Under the pieces are notes generated by a model. The model saw nothing but the letters and a program-made list of their open reading frames with translations. It ran no database searches and was not told where the DNA came from. From positions 1-64,000 of the forward strand of contig LVLI01000328.1 of the NCBI GenBank assembly GCA_001687465.1: a DNA stretch of 64,000 nucleotides. The letters run 5' to 3'. Positions 60,919 through 64,000 of this stretch are shown piece by piece; the first letter of the stretch is position 1, and every line of letters begins with the position of its first letter. The stretch is from Halocafeteria seosinensis (Eukaryota). Made by a program: the position numbers and the translations under genes.

Positions 60919-63625
60919 CAAGGTTGGATGGTTGAAGTCATGGTGCTTTCACGTTAGGAATTTGGAGTCAGTACGGGACAGTGAGCCAGTTGACAATACA
61001 AAGGAATCCCAGTTGAGGCTGTCCATTTTCTCTGACTCCGTAAACTCTGCCATAATTAGAGGGTCTACATGTATATTTTCCGTCAACGTTGTTCAGACAG
61101 GGGTGGATTCTCTTCGCCAGCGCTCTTTGCTTACCGGATTCACCGCATGCGCAGATCGCATTCTCATCATTGACACAGAGTTAACATAAATAAAAGAATA
61201 GGGAAGGATGTAGTGCACCCAGCTGCTGTTTCTTCGGATTTCTCACGTTGGTGTGTGTGGCTGGGCGGAATCATAACGTTGTCGTTGTTGTTGCCCTACG
61301 TTGACATGCCAACGACGTCGTGACGGAAACGATTACCAAAGTTCGGGTTTGCGTCAATGCTTTGAAGTCCCTCGTTTGCGCTACCTCTCTTAGTGGGCCC
61401 GTTGCTACCAGACACGGGCGTCTGCTGCTACTCAAGTGTAGTGGTTCACATCCGACTGCCGGTGGGCCATCAGTCAGATTTTCGTCGTCGTCGTGTGCCA
61501 ACGACGTACAGTACATTTCGACTGCCTGCCTGACATCAGCCCCAAACCGGCGTTCTGTCCTTTCAGTGGGTTCATTGAACGAGGCATATAGCATGACAGC
61601 TGGTGGAGCATGCTGCGTCTGAGCTTCCCTTCAAAATTCGCAAGAATGAAACTTCTCCCTTGTGGCAAGGCTGGTGATCGAGTTGTGAACTTGGGCCCAC
61701 GTTCGTTCAACAGCGCAACGGCGGGTGCATTGGCAGAACTTAGCTTATAATAGCCTACTTTGCTTATGATAATACGCCATTAGCCATCGGAGAAGATACA
61801 GATATAAGTTGATATTTTATGCGCTCCATGTAAAGACAATTTTTTGTTGTTTGTTTGCTTGTATGATTAGCTTGAACAACTAACTACTGTATCCACGCGC
61901 CAAAAACCTACCCCGCCAGCCTCCCCTGTGAGCTCCCCTTGTGGACTGCCCTTTGGCCGAAAATTTTAAACAGCCTGGCCAGAATCCTGTTCAACTGGTA
62001 AGTTTTAAACGATGCAGATCAATCCAGGACAAGAACACCAGCATACTGCTCGTAAGGACCCGAAGAATTCACGGGACTCATCGACACCCGGAACTCATCT
62101 GCCACAGCATACGAAGCCGAGGTCACCAACGGACAAAGATACGGTGAAATTTGAGCTGCGAGCTCTAAAGAGCTTCGCTGAAAAGCATGGAGAAGAATGG
62201 CACGACGACAGACAGAAGATTTGTGACCGACTCAATAAAGGTGTGGAGAGCAAGGTAGCGGTCATCGATGAAAAGGGCAACCTCAGCGTCAACACATGGT
62301 GTAGAAAAGTGGATGCTATCGCGTTTTCCGCGCGTCATGGAATAAAAGGGGTCAATGCATGGGTCAGCAAACCTGAGCAAAGACGTGAGCTAGGGGACTG
62401 GTTGAACAAACTGCAACTCGTGCTCGAAGGCAGTTCCATAGCGGATGAAGGACGTGGGAGACGTGCATCTAAAGGCATGGAGCGCGACGTGGAGGTTGTC
62501 GATGAAAAGGGTAACCTACTTCATTCCTTCGCAACTCTTCCGGATGGAATTCCAAAGAGCTCGCCGCATCCTCATTTTCCGTGCTTGATTGTCATTGACT
62601 CGAACTTGAATGGCCTAATGGAATCAGTACGAGAGGGAATAGAGGACTCTGTGGACCAAATGCACATTCCCACGGATGCTGGAGACAAATACCATGTAAG
62701 GATTATAGATGAGGAATGTTTTGTGGGCTGATGAATTGCGTTAACTTGAGCATCCCTTGTGCTGCAGTTGGAAGCAAGTGTTTTTATTGGAGGTGAGCGC
62801 ATTAGACTCAGTGTGCACTTATTCATGGAAGCCGCCGATAAGCAGGGTAGTCTAGCCAAACTCTTCCTCCAGGGCTTTTGCCACAGCGTATGTTATGCCT
62901 TTGTTTTCATTTTATTCGAATTGGTACGTGTGAAATCTTAACCTCAATTCCTCATTCTTTTGCAGGGCTACGGCTGGAACTTCTACACCGTTTGGAACGG
63001 AATTCTCGATGAACTCAGATGTAATTCGAAGAAAGTGCAGCGCTACTTCCCCGCAAAAGAAGCAGATCATCAACCAATATTACGGAAGGACAAGATGGCT
63101 CCCACTCAACTGCCTCGCTCCGACGAAGCAAGTGCTTTCTTTCCATCATCCTCACAAGGCTCGGAAGTTGCACCGCTTCCTGACATAGACATGCACGCCC
63201 CTGCAGCGGTTCCTGGAGAACCTACTGATGAGGATTTCATTGACTTGATGGAATCCAAGTTCGAGAGTGAAAGATGCTTAGGGATGGAATTTGTCGGGTC
63301 GGATCTGAAAAAATTTGGTACTCCGGCGGTGATTCGATGCCTCTTCAAATGTGTAGGTAGTGAGAGTTCGTACTCTGGAAGTCGTATTAGAGCAATGAGT
63401 TTGTTGAATAGAATGGTAAAAAGTGGGCTTTGTTCTGCTTCGTTGATTGACTTCGATAACCTCAAGAGTGGTTTAACCGCGCTAGTCAGAGAATCTACGG
63501 ATGAGAGTAACTGTTCTCCATCCTTCTTGTATATGGTTGACGAGTATGTTTCCTTTGCCGAAAAGTTCATCGAAACTGTGGCGAAACGACTGCATGTGGA
63601 AGCTGACTCTTCTATCCGAGACAAG
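60915..63625 (+). repeat. Segmental duplication, copy B
   Basis: Colinear with 57224-59540 and near-identical to it from 62529 onward. Confidence 0.92.
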
Positions 63626-63673
63626 GCTGCGAAGTTGAAACAGTTTTGCAACGGGAACCGAACTTGTCTATGA
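62012..63673 (+). CDS. Unknown family, paralogue 3, with 124 extra aa in exon 1
   Basis: The exon-1 ORF is 239 aa against 115 aa in paralogue 2; the remainder is nearly identical. Confidence 0.82.
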
Positions 63674-64000
63674 ACCCCGATCCATCGTTTGTACGTGGCT
63701 ATAGGTTTACTTAACAACGTCGAAGCGGAAAACGGGAAAACCGTGAGCCAAGATTTATTAAACCTCTCCACAAGAGCCACTACCGGGCGGAAAATGCGTT
63801 GGAGGGTGTTGAATGTCATGTTCAGTGCAAGTCTGCGTACCAAGTTGCATTCTATGGAACGATACAACCAGCAGAGCATCAGCACATAAGTATTGGTCAA
63901 TGATATGGATTCAATATTGAAATGCTTTCTTTTCCTTTTTGGTGGTTCAACTGGCGCACACCTTCGTGGGACGTTGCCATACGAGTGGAGCATGGTTATG

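Noticed and set aside
4726..63673. Alternative genetic code or stop readthrough to explain fragmented ORFs
   Set aside because: In the conserved genes I traced, the breaks are explained by short GT-AG introns under the standard code.

Overview
Compact, gene-dense eukaryotic nuclear DNA read in the standard code. The GT-AG introns I traced are mostly about 55-90 nt, which explains the fragmented ORF track. PIH1D2 and a p25-alpha/PGP-motif protein suggest a flagellated protist; stramenopile affinity is only an impression. Layout: 0.5-4.3 kb is a decayed mobile-DNA island (perfect palindrome, HNH-like pseudogene, CRE-like non-LTR relic, 133-bp duplication). 4.7-48 kb is a housekeeping block: p25-alpha protein, SUZ12/VEFS-box, PDCD2L/TSR4, TFIIS-N protein, TFIIB-like protein with two Zn ribbons, mS25/mL61-like, PIH1D2, RagA/GTR1, GrpE, signal peptide peptidase, RPN3/PSMD3, DGAT2 and TMEM245-like. 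48.5-64 kb holds three tandem divergent Ser/Thr kinases followed by three paralogues of an unknown KA1-like/helical protein. Top finding: the three long ORFs at 33255-40463 (-) splice into one gene of about 2,333 aa. It is built from three diverged copies of a TM1 / Cys-rich ectodomain / TM2 module, each interrupted by an intron at the same homologous position. This looks like a natural single-chain concatemer of a trimeric two-TM channel-like subunit (DEG/ENaC, P2X, PAC topology). All family calls come from motif recognition by eye; no database searches were run.
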